Shown here piece by piece: positions 29,636 to 37,900 of a stretch of 64,000 nucleotides of DNA. The notes under the pieces are model-generated. The model was not told the DNA's origin. It did not search any database and saw only the letters and a program-made list of their open reading frames with translations. Where the stretch lies: contig CAYTCJ010000004.1 in NCBI GenBank assembly GCA_964436545.1, positions 59,368 through 123,367 of the forward strand, read 5' to 3'. This DNA comes from an uncultured Candidatus Saccharibacteria bacterium (lineage in GTDB: Bacteria > Patescibacteriota > Doudnabacteria > UBA920). Made by a program: the position numbers and the translations under genes. The stretch's first letter is position 1; each line of letters begins with the position of its first letter.

Positions 29636-30769
29636 ATGTGCTCATCAATCACGCGTCTTATCCTCGCCGTGGGTCTCGCGACCCTCGGCACAACCGTGTC
29701 CGCACAGTACGCCCCGACGCCCGACCCGGGCGAGCGAGCGCTCCGGCAGCAGCAGGCGCCACCCCCGCCGGCTCCGAAGCCCGAGGCTCCGAAGCCCGAG
29801 GCTCCGAAGCCCGAGGCTCCGAAGCCCGACCCGTTTTTTGATGGTAGCTGGGGAGGATGGAGGGCTTGGCTCGGAGGGATCGCCCTCCTGATCGCCGCCG
29901 GCATCGGGGTGGTGGTTTGGCGTCGCCGGCGGAACAACCGCCCCGCACACGACGATCATGGCAACGACCCCCAGCCCCCCGCGAACCCGAACCCGAACCC
30001 GAACGCGCCGCCGCCCCCCACGCCTGTCAACCACATGATAGCGTTGATGCTCGTCGGTGGTGCGCTCGCACTCGCAACCCTCGGTGCCCCGTCCGTGTCC
30101 GCCGCCCCTATGGAGGGGTGTGTGGTGACGGCTGTCAACGGGATGGTCGGCGACGCTGAAATGCCAGTGTTGGTGTCCGGCGCGGACAATTTCGTTTCGT
30201 GCCACGCCCCCGGCGTGTCGGAAGTGAAGCTCACGGATGGGAAGGGGCAGGTTGTTCCCGTCAAGAAGCTGGTAAAGACCAGCGATGGGTTCAATTTCTC
30301 GTACACGCCCCCGGCCGGAACCGCTGCGGAGTTGCATGTGCAAGCTGGTAGTCGCAAGGTTGCCTCGCTTTACACTAACAGCGCCTTCGGCGCCTGGACT
30401 GCCTACACGGCGGTTCAGAGCGTCCGGCCGGAGATCCGCGCCGCGGCCACGGACGCCAGCGCCGCGCTCACCGCCGCCAAGTCCGCGGCCGAGGCGGTGA
30501 CGAAGCTCACCGGCGTGGTGGCCGACCACGGCACCCGCATCACCGCGCTGGAGTCTCGGCCCGCCCCGACGGTCGACCTCTCGGCCTACGACCGCCGGCT
30601 TCGCGAGCTCGACGGCGAGCTCGCGAAGGTTAAGGCCGCACAGGTCGCCACCGACGCCCAGGTAGCCAAAAACGCCGAGGGGCTGGAAGCCCTCGGCAAT
30701 CGCCGAGTCGGCAAGGGCGGAATTTTCGGCAGGTCGGGCAGGCTCGCCGACCTGCCCGAGGCCAAGTAG
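29636..30769 (+). CDS. GC-rich Pro-rich membrane/secreted protein (377 aa)
   Basis: AAAGGAG SD before ATG 29636; signal peptide, (APKPE)x4, TM-RRRR, second signal-like segment, coiled coil. Confidence 0.8.
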   Translation: MCSSITRLILAVGLATLGTTVSAQYAPTPDPGERALRQQQAPPPPAPKPEAPKPEAPKPEAPKPDPFFDGSWGGWRAWLGGIALLIAAGIGVVVWRRRRNNRPAHDDHGNDPQPPANPNPNPNAPPPPTPVNHMIALMLVGGALALATLGAPSVSAAPMEGCVVTAVNGMVGDAEMPVLVSGADNFVSCHAPGVSEVKLTDGKGQVVPVKKLVKTSDGFNFSYTPPAGTAAELHVQAGSRKVASLYTNSAFGAWTAYTAVQSVRPEIRAAATDASAALTAAKSAAEAVTKLTGVVADHGTRITALESRPAPTVDLSAYDRRLRELDGELAKVKAAQVATDAQVAKNAEGLEALGNRRVGKGGIFGRSGRLADLPEAK

Positions 30770-31078
30770 CCGGCGGCCAAGAAGGCGCCGGCGAAAAAAG
30801 AAAAAGAAGAAGAAAAGGAGGAAGAAGGAGAGGTCTAACCTTTCCCCCTACGCATAGCCAGTGCAGGCTATGAGTAGGGTAACAACCAAGCATGGGGGAT
30901 TTGTGCACTCAAATCCCTCCAGTTCTTTCTTTCTGTTTTGGGTAGTTTTTACCCCCTCCCTTAACCCTCCCCACAAGGGGGAGGGAAAAAGCAGGGTGAA
31001 TACCACCCCCTCCGATTAACATTGGAGAACATCTCCTATTTTAGGAGGAGAAGAGAAAGAGGGAAATGGAGAAAAATC

Positions 31079-31237
31079 GCGATGCAAATATACGAATACA
31101 TGCTAATGATGCGAATTTACGGATTCTACAGATATCTACAGATGAAGACAAAAGACACAAATATTGGTCCACAGATCACACGGATACACAGATATTAGTG
31201 CGATGCGAATATACGAATGCACGCGAATGATGCGAAT
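31079..31237 (+). repeat. island spacer repeat R2
   Basis: Two GCGATGC(G/A)AATATACGAAT units flanking TTTACGGATTCTACAGATATCTACAGATG. Confidence 0.8.
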
Positions 31238-31353
31238 GTATATAAATAGTTAATAATAGTTGTAAGTTGTAAGTTGGTAAGTAAAACAGAAATCAGCAAA
31301 GCAGTAAGCACATTAAAAAATCCCGCCAGTAGGGCGGGTGAGAATAAGAAAAA

Positions 31354-31611
31354 TTAAAAAGGAATAGGTATACCGGTTTTAGCTGATACTTGTTTTGCCC
31401 AATCTTCTAGTCTTTCTATTCGGTGGCGATTGACTATCATTTCCTGTTCAAAGCCTTTTACGGTTTTACAAAGATAATCCAGAGTGGAGGTTATGGAGTC
31501 AACTTTTTGTTCTAATTTGTTAAAGCGAGTGTCAATATCCGCCTTCATTTCATCTAAATATTCAAATAAGGGCTGAAAGTTTGTGGTTGTCGTGGGAGTT
31601 TTTTTAGGCAT
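31354..31611 (-). CDS. small coiled-coil hypothetical protein
   Basis: 85 aa, heptad pattern, AT-rich like the backbone; hairpin at 31321-31338 downstream. Confidence 0.65.
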   Translation of the reverse strand: MPKKTPTTTTNFQPLFEYLDEMKADIDTRFNKLEQKVDSITSTLDYLCKTVKGFEQEMIVNRHRIERLEDWAKQVSAKTGIPIPF

Positions 31612-31863
31612 AAGGATAGAAAAAATTATGTTTATTATATTATATCAAGTTATTGAATTTTTGGAAATATACAGCTAAAATATAATGCGGTTTTTTGGTG
31701 GGTAGCTTTTTTTACCCCCTCCTTCCGATGTGTATCGGAAGACTCCCCCTATGTTAGGGGGAGAGGGGAGAAGAGAGGTACCCGGCAAGAAAACGCGGTA
31801 CAAGTGTCCCTTGCCGGGATGCGAAAAATTTTGAGGAGGAAAAATATCAATTGCAAGATGATA

Positions 31864-31912
31864 GTTTACGGATGTTACAGATACCTACAGATGGGGACAA
31901 AAAGGCACGGAT
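31864..31912 (+). repeat. island spacer repeat R3
   Basis: GTTTACGGATGTTACAGATACCTACAGATGGGGACAAAAAGGCACGGAT. Confidence 0.8.
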
Positions 31913-32018
31913 GGAAAATCATAACCCCCTCCTAACCTCCCCTTCCGCCAGAGGCGGACAGGTATCTTAAGGGGAGGAAGAAGAGAGAAAAACCGGATGA
32001 GCAAGAAAGGACATTTTT

Positions 32019-32100
32019 TGTCATTCCGAATCCTGATATTCATCAGGACAAGTTTAATTTGGAATCCAGAAAATGGATTCCCGTTTTCACGGGAATGACA
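32019..32100. repeat. palindromic REP/RPE-like element (TGTCAT..ATGACA family)
   Basis: TGTCATTCC ... GGATTCCCGTTTTCACGGGAATGACA. Confidence 0.75.
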
Positions 32101-32233
32101 GCAAATAAGCAATTTTATTATTGCTATAAGCTGATCACTGGGCACTTACCACTGATCACTAATTTGTGTTTTTTCTTGCTCGTCCGGTGCCTTTGGGCAA
32201 ACCAATCCGGACAGGCGAGAAAGGAGAATTCGC

Positions 32234-32968
32234 ATGAGTTTACTCATTGTGATTGGTCTCCTGATTTTCGCCCCATGGTGCGCCCAGGGGCAAACTCGGC
32301 TGCTGGTCCCGCGGGCGGACTCGGCTACCGCCATGGTGCGGTGCGGGGCCAATCTGGAAAGCGTAAAGGCGGAGAATCAATTGACCCGTCAGTACGTTTT
32401 TACAGGGGAGGAGACTCTGACGGGGATGCAATACTGTGTTGAGAGTCGCCACGCTCTCGTGGATGACCGCAACCGGTACCGTGTTCCGGCAGGGACCATT
32501 GGCTGGTTGTCTTCGGACGGCCAGTCGGTGGTTCTGGAGCAGTGCGTCAATATGGCGCACTGCGAGGGTTGTCCTCCCGCCCCACCTCCTCCGCCCCCGC
32601 CCCCGCCGGCGCCGAAGCCGGAACCCAAGCCGGAACCGCCCCCACCGGCACCCGAGCCCCCGGCGCCAAAGCCGGAACCCACCCCCGAGCCGGTGGTTGT
32701 CCGGCCCGAGCCACCCCCGCGGGTGGTTTTGCCCAAGCCCGAGCCACTGGCGCCGGCGCCGAGGCCCGCTCCCGTGGTCAAGAGGGGCGGGCACGGGAAG
32801 CTTATCGGGGGGTTGGTTGGGGCGGGGGTCGCGGGGGCAGTGGCGTATTTCGCCACTCGCGACCGCCACGACGCGTCCGCCCCGCCGGCCCCGGGCGTAA
32901 AGCCGGGGGTGCCGGTAGTTTCCCCGGCCTCACGGCCGGGGGGAGCCGGATTCGCCATCCGGTTCTGA
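32234..32968 (+). CDS. GC-rich secreted Cys-containing protein with poly-Pro stalk and TM segment
   Basis: AAAGGAG SD; signal peptide, Cys domain, PPAPPPPPPPPPAPKPEPKPE, GLVGAGVAGAVAYF. Confidence 0.8.
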   Translation: MSLLIVIGLLIFAPWCAQGQTRLLVPRADSATAMVRCGANLESVKAENQLTRQYVFTGEETLTGMQYCVESRHALVDDRNRYRVPAGTIGWLSSDGQSVVLEQCVNMAHCEGCPPAPPPPPPPPPAPKPEPKPEPPPPAPEPPAPKPEPTPEPVVVRPEPPPRVVLPKPEPLAPAPRPAPVVKRGGHGKLIGGLVGAGVAGAVAYFATRDRHDASAPPAPGVKPGVPVVSPASRPGGAGFAIRF

Positions 32969-33046
32969 CATCTTGCCCCAAGCGGTAATGGGCGAATTTT
33001 ACCGCAAAGACAGGAACTTCGTGTGTCCTGTCTTTTTTCGTTTACA

Positions 33047-33094
33047 GTTTACGGATGCTACAGATAACTACAGATGGGGACAAAATATACGGAT
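33047..33094 (+). repeat. island spacer repeat R4
   Basis: GTTTACGGATGCTACAGATAACTACAGATGGGGACAAAATATACGGAT. Confidence 0.8.
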
Positions 33095-33191
33095 GCAGAG
33101 TTTTATACGACGTATAGGACTCCGCCAGCTGGCGGATAAGTAGTATAAGACCTATACAAATATAGTAAGGAATTTTAACTTATTCTAAAGA

Positions 33192-33220
33192 TTGACAAAA
33201 ATAGCAAAATGTGTTAAAAT
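33192..33220 (+). promoter_or_regulatory. sigma70-type promoter
   Basis: TTGACA-N17-TAAAAT upstream of the protease gene. Confidence 0.65.
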
Positions 33221-33367
33221 TGAATGTCCCAAAATTTTGGGGATTTTTGTGAGGTGGTATTTTTAGAACTGGATTCCGGCTCAAGGCCGGAATGACAAAA
33301 ATCGGGATCACAGTCAAGGATAAGCCTTAGAAATATCACTTTCCAAAAATTCCATAGGAGGTGGGCG

Positions 33368-34144
33368 ATGGCCCAAGAAAATCCTCGTCGCTGGAGCGAC
33401 GAGGATCTGCTGCTTTTAATAGTGGCTCTCTTGTGCCTGTCAGCAGGTTTGTTGCTGATAGGAGATGAGAGTGGGGAAACGGTTCCCCACGGGCCAGTTG
33501 CCCCGCCCCAGCAACAATACCAAACCCCCCGCCCGAGGGAAGAGTATCGGGCGCCCCGCCGGTGGGAAGAACCGGCACCTCGACAGGAGGCACCTGCCCC
33601 GGCCCCTCAGCGAACCACACCCGCCCCTGGGGTGTGGGAGGACATTCGGTCGAGGAATGTCCTTGTCCGGCAAGGGGCTGGACAGGGAAGCGGGGTCCTC
33701 ATTGGCCACGGGCTGGTCCTGACGGACTTTCACGTGGTTGATGGGGGATGGGGGGCGGTGATTGACGGTCACGGGACCGCAATCGTGCAAGCTTGGGACG
33801 AGGGTAATGACCTCGCAATCCTTAAGCTTGTGGGATATGACCCCACACCCCGTCTGGACTTCGCGTTTGACCCGGACTTGCTCCGTCCGGGCACACGTCT
33901 GGTTACCGTGGGTAACCCTAGAGGGGTCACGGTGTCTCAGACTGGGTGGGTGGAAGCCGGGTCAGGTCAAGGCTTCTGGGCCAGGATGGACACCTGGTCC
34001 GGGCCCGGGGCGAGTGGGAGCTTAGTATACTCGCTGGATGGTGCCCCGGTGGGCATTGTCCAGCAGTGGGACGGAACCGGCATTCGGGTGAAGTGCCGAG
34101 ATCTCCGTCCCATTGTCCGACTCCTCAACTATATTGGGCGCTAA
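33368..34144 (+). CDS. GC-rich membrane-anchored trypsin-like (S1) serine protease
   Basis: AGGAGGT SD; TM anchor; GSGVLI, LTDFHVV (His), NDLAIL (Asp), VGNP, PGASGS (Ser). Confidence 0.85.
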   Translation: MAQENPRRWSDEDLLLLIVALLCLSAGLLLIGDESGETVPHGPVAPPQQQYQTPRPREEYRAPRRWEEPAPRQEAPAPAPQRTTPAPGVWEDIRSRNVLVRQGAGQGSGVLIGHGLVLTDFHVVDGGWGAVIDGHGTAIVQAWDEGNDLAILKLVGYDPTPRLDFAFDPDLLRPGTRLVTVGNPRGVTVSQTGWVEAGSGQGFWARMDTWSGPGASGSLVYSLDGAPVGIVQQWDGTGIRVKCRDLRPIVRLLNYIGR

Positions 34145-34303
34145 TTGCGCCTACCTTTCCAGAGGCAGGGTTCAAGTCCTCTGGCGCGTGCTTAGACAAC
34201 ACGCGAAAGGTTTTTTACGAACAAGGCGGGTTAAACCGACCTTAAGTAGAAAAATCACTTAATTGTCTCCGCTCAGAGCTTTGTGCTTCTGGGCGGTTTT
34301 TTT

Positions 34304-34481
34304 GTTTACAGATGCTACGGATGTCTACAGATGGGGACAAAAAGACACGGATAAATACAGCTTACAGATGCTACGGATGTCTACAGATGGGGACAAAAGA
34401 CACGGATATTGGTTCACAGATCATGGATTTACACAGATGTTATGCGATGCGAATATACGAATGCATACGAATGATACTAAT
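34304..34481 (+). repeat. island spacer repeat R5
   Basis: Two copies of TTACAGATGCTACGGATGTCTACAGATGGGGACAAAA(A)GACACGGATA plus GCGATGCGAATATACGAATGC. Confidence 0.85.
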
Positions 34482-34602
34482 AAAAACAGATTGCAGATAA
34501 TTTATATGACATATTAGACCTATAAGTCGCATTATCTTTATCATTTGACACAGAAAAAAAACAGTGTCATAGTAATTAAAAATAAGCGAATGAAATAAAA
34601 AT

Positions 34603-34932
34603 ATGCCAACTCATAACATAAATATCGCAGAACAAAAATTAAGAGACTTTGCCTTAAAGCTGTTAGAAGAAAAACAGTTAGACATTGGTGATGAAGAATT
34701 AAAAGCCCAATTAGCCGAAGATTTATACGAGCGTTTGGAGGAACGGGTGAATGCGGAAATTTTAGCCGGGTTGCCCCCGGAAAAACTGGAAGAGTTTGAT
34801 AAACTGTTAACCAGTGGAAGCAATGAGCAATTAAGCGAGTTTTGTTTAAAAAATATTCCCCATTTACAAGAACTCTTAAATACCACTTTAACCCAATTTA
34901 GAGTAAGGTATTTAGGTTTGGAACAAAAATAA
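34603..34932 (+). CDS. small acidic helical protein (DUF5663-like)
   Basis: LAEDLYERLEERVNAEILAGLPPEKLEEFDKLL..NIP pattern; family assignment from memory. Confidence 0.7.
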   Translation: MPTHNINIAEQKLRDFALKLLEEKQLDIGDEELKAQLAEDLYERLEERVNAEILAGLPPEKLEEFDKLLTSGSNEQLSEFCLKNIPHLQELLNTTLTQFRVRYLGLEQK

Positions 34933-34983
34933 GTATAGTCAAATAAATTATAGATTCCGCATCAAGTGCGGAATGACAAACCC

Positions 34984-37900
34984 ATGAGTGAATACGGTCG
35001 CTTTTTGTCACCAGAAGCTCGGCACGAAGCGGAAAAACCAAAATTTGTTTTTACAGATATTAGCGACATTCAAGAAGGAATGGCGCAAGATGCTTCGTTG
35101 GCGCAATTTAACGAAAAACCTGAAGCGCTGGAAGAGAATAATGTTTCTTGGTGGAAGAAACCTTTTAAAAAGGCTTTTTGGAAAAATGTAGGGAAGCGAG
35201 GAACCAGTTTAGGCCGAAGTATTTGGAAACAAAATTTAGCTCGGGATTATTACGAAGTTTCGGGAAAAAAACAAGCCGAGGCCAAAATGCAGGCAAGTGG
35301 CAGTTTGTTTGCAGTGGAAAAAAAGTTTGACCCCAATGAGCCGGGCATAAGCGAAGCCGAAAAACAAAACCGACTTAAAGCGCAAAAAACCGCGCATGAT
35401 GAATATGTAAGTGCCATTACCCGAAGGTTTGCGGGAGCTACGGGTGAACTGGCAGGTGATTTTGTCCATAAAGAACACGGCGGTGAAGCGGTGGAAACTT
35501 TAGGCAGGACTGAGGCGGAAGTCCAGATTAAGCGAAAATTAGAAGAAACGGTTAGGGCTTTTGCCGGCGGGGAGATTAGCGAAGAACAGGTTCTGGAAAA
35601 AGAAAAGGCCATTTGGGCAGAAATTAAAGGGGTTAAACCGGAAGTGGTTAAAAAGGGGAAAATGTATGCGAGTAATTTGTTAGAAATGGCCAAATGGGCA
35701 AAGGAAGAAGTAGAAAAACAAGTGAGACAGAATATTGACCACAACTTGGCTGTGAGAAATTTACAGTTAGATTTTGATGTGGTAGTAGGTAGGGCAAAAA
35801 GTGGCGCAAAAACCGAGGCGCAATTTAATGCTGTGGAAAACGCGGTAGATAAAATTATGGCTAAAACCCGAGGTTTGCCTAGCATTATTTTTAACGAAGC
35901 CACAATTACTGCTGCGGTTACCGCTGCCTATTTTGTAGAAAAGAGTTTATTTACCAAGGGGCTTTATAGTGTTGCTGGTTTAGTAGGATTTGGAGTGGGG
36001 GCAGGTGCGACAGCGGCTTTTAAAGAAGGTAAGACTTTAGAAAAAGAAAGAATGCAACATGCCCGGGAAATGGCGCAAGGTAGAAAGTTTGAGGAAAGTA
36101 GTGCAACTCGGCGGAAGGAGTTGGAAAAATTCCGTTTAAAGTTTCAGACAGCCGAAGAATTGGAACAGAATTTAGACGCCAAGTTGTTTAATTTTTTGGA
36201 AAGTGGAACAGATTTACGAACACTAAGTCCGGAAGGGTATAAACAAGCTTTAGAAGCCGTGGCCGAAATTGACGCGCGCATTTTGGAAGGCGAGAGGGGA
36301 GTAGTGGTAAAGAAAAGAAAATGGTTAAAGTTTTGGAAAAAAGAGTATAAAGAAGAAAGACATAGTGCCGACTTAATTGGTTATTCCGATCCTACGCAAA
36401 TTGCCAAAGAAGAAGGTCAGTTAGATATGGCTCGGGCTGCCGCCAAAATCGCCTTAAAAAAGTGGTGTTTGGCCAATGGTAAAACCGAAGCTCAGTTTAA
36501 AGCAGATTTGCAAGCGAGTGTAGAAGCCAAGATTCATGGGTTTTATGCAGGTGAGGAAGGGATAGACAAACAGAACGAAAGATTTAAGGAATTTAAAAAG
36601 AAAAAAATGTGGCAGGCGGGGAAAAAGGCTGCGGTATGGGGGACAATTTTTGGCACGGCTATTCAAGAAGCCAGTGCCTTTAAGCAGGACCACACTTACG
36701 GACTTGCAGAACATGCTTGGGATGCCTTTAGGGGGAACGAGCATCATTTGGCTCCAGAGGAAACCGCTACAGCCCTAGAGAATGCTTTTGCCTATGGGCA
36801 AAAAAATATCAACGAAGGTTTGGATTATTTATTTCCTACAGCGCACGCAGCCGGTCCGAATATAGAAGTACAGATTGGTGGGAGTAAATACAGTCTGCCC
36901 GATGGTTTTAGATTAGAAGACAATCCGGCTACGGCTAATCCGAACGATAAAGTTTTAATTGATAGCAAAGGTGTTTCGCATACGTTAGAGTTTAAAGCCG
37001 ACGGCACGCCCACGGCTGATAGCAAAAAGTGGTTGTTAGATAATGGTTATAAACTTGATGAAATAATTTCGCCCGCCGGTCCCAAAGGGATTCATAGTTT
37101 GGATGTAGACGCTACCAAAAAACAATTTCCTGACCTCGCGCATCATACGCGTATAGACTGGCACGATGAACCGGGTAAGTTTAAAAGCGCAATTCATAAT
37201 ATGTGGCTGGAGTTTGAAGGTAAACAGCAAATGGGTTATTTGGTAACTCGAGGAGACAAAGTATATTTAGACTGCAGTAAAGTGATTCAAAATTTTGTGA
37301 AAGAGGTATCTGAAAGAATTAACGATCCGAGTTTTGGCCAAGTGGAAGGGTATACTAATGCAGACGGCAGTCCGTTTGTGGACAGTAAAATGATGCACTT
37401 AAAGGACCAAATTCAGCAGGCCATTAATAATGGCGACATTAATAGATATTTTCAAGCTGTGGTGATTCCCACCGAAGGGGCGAATAGCGCAGGTTTGAGC
37501 GATTTAGTGCAAGGTGCAGACAGTAGTGGTTTAATTGAGCTGAACGGCAAGTATGATTGGTCTAAAATGTTTATTGATCCGGCTACGGGCCATGTAGACC
37601 CTAAAATGCTACACGATGGGCATTTGCCGTTTCGGTTTTTGGAAATGCGGTTTGATGGCCACGTAATGAACACGGCCCAAGGAGCCGGAGAAGCCGGACC
37701 TATGCCTTTCTTTAAACTAACGCCACCGCTAGATGAATTGCCACCGACTACTTTCCCGCCCCTAACTTATGTGGGGAGAAGAAAAGGTTTGGAGGAAACT
37801 AACTGGACACCACCCCCTCAGCGTCCAAAACGAGAACCTTTGCCAGAAATACCATATTATGGATATTATAATAGTCCAGAACGAAGTGAATATTATCGTC

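Noticed and set aside
29590-32225. c-di-GMP-I riboswitch suggested by GGCAAAC in two leaders
   Set aside because: The GAAA tetraloop stem and GCAAAG second stem are absent
29445-33790. Many overlapping alternative-frame and antisense ORFs in the GC-rich genes
   Set aside because: Expected from stop-codon scarcity at high GC; only the chosen frames have SD sites and coherent signal/TM structure
34150-34200. tRNA-like GGTTCAAGTCC after the protease gene
   Set aside because: No D-arm, anticodon arm or acceptor stem; only a hairpin
29455-34481. CRISPR array or integron attC sites
   Set aside because: Repeats vary in length and sequence, spacers are gene-sized, no RYYYAAC/GTTRRRY pattern recognised, no cas or intI gene
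34263-34517. Short ORFs with repeated MLRMSTDGDK
   Set aside because: Translations of spacer repeat R5
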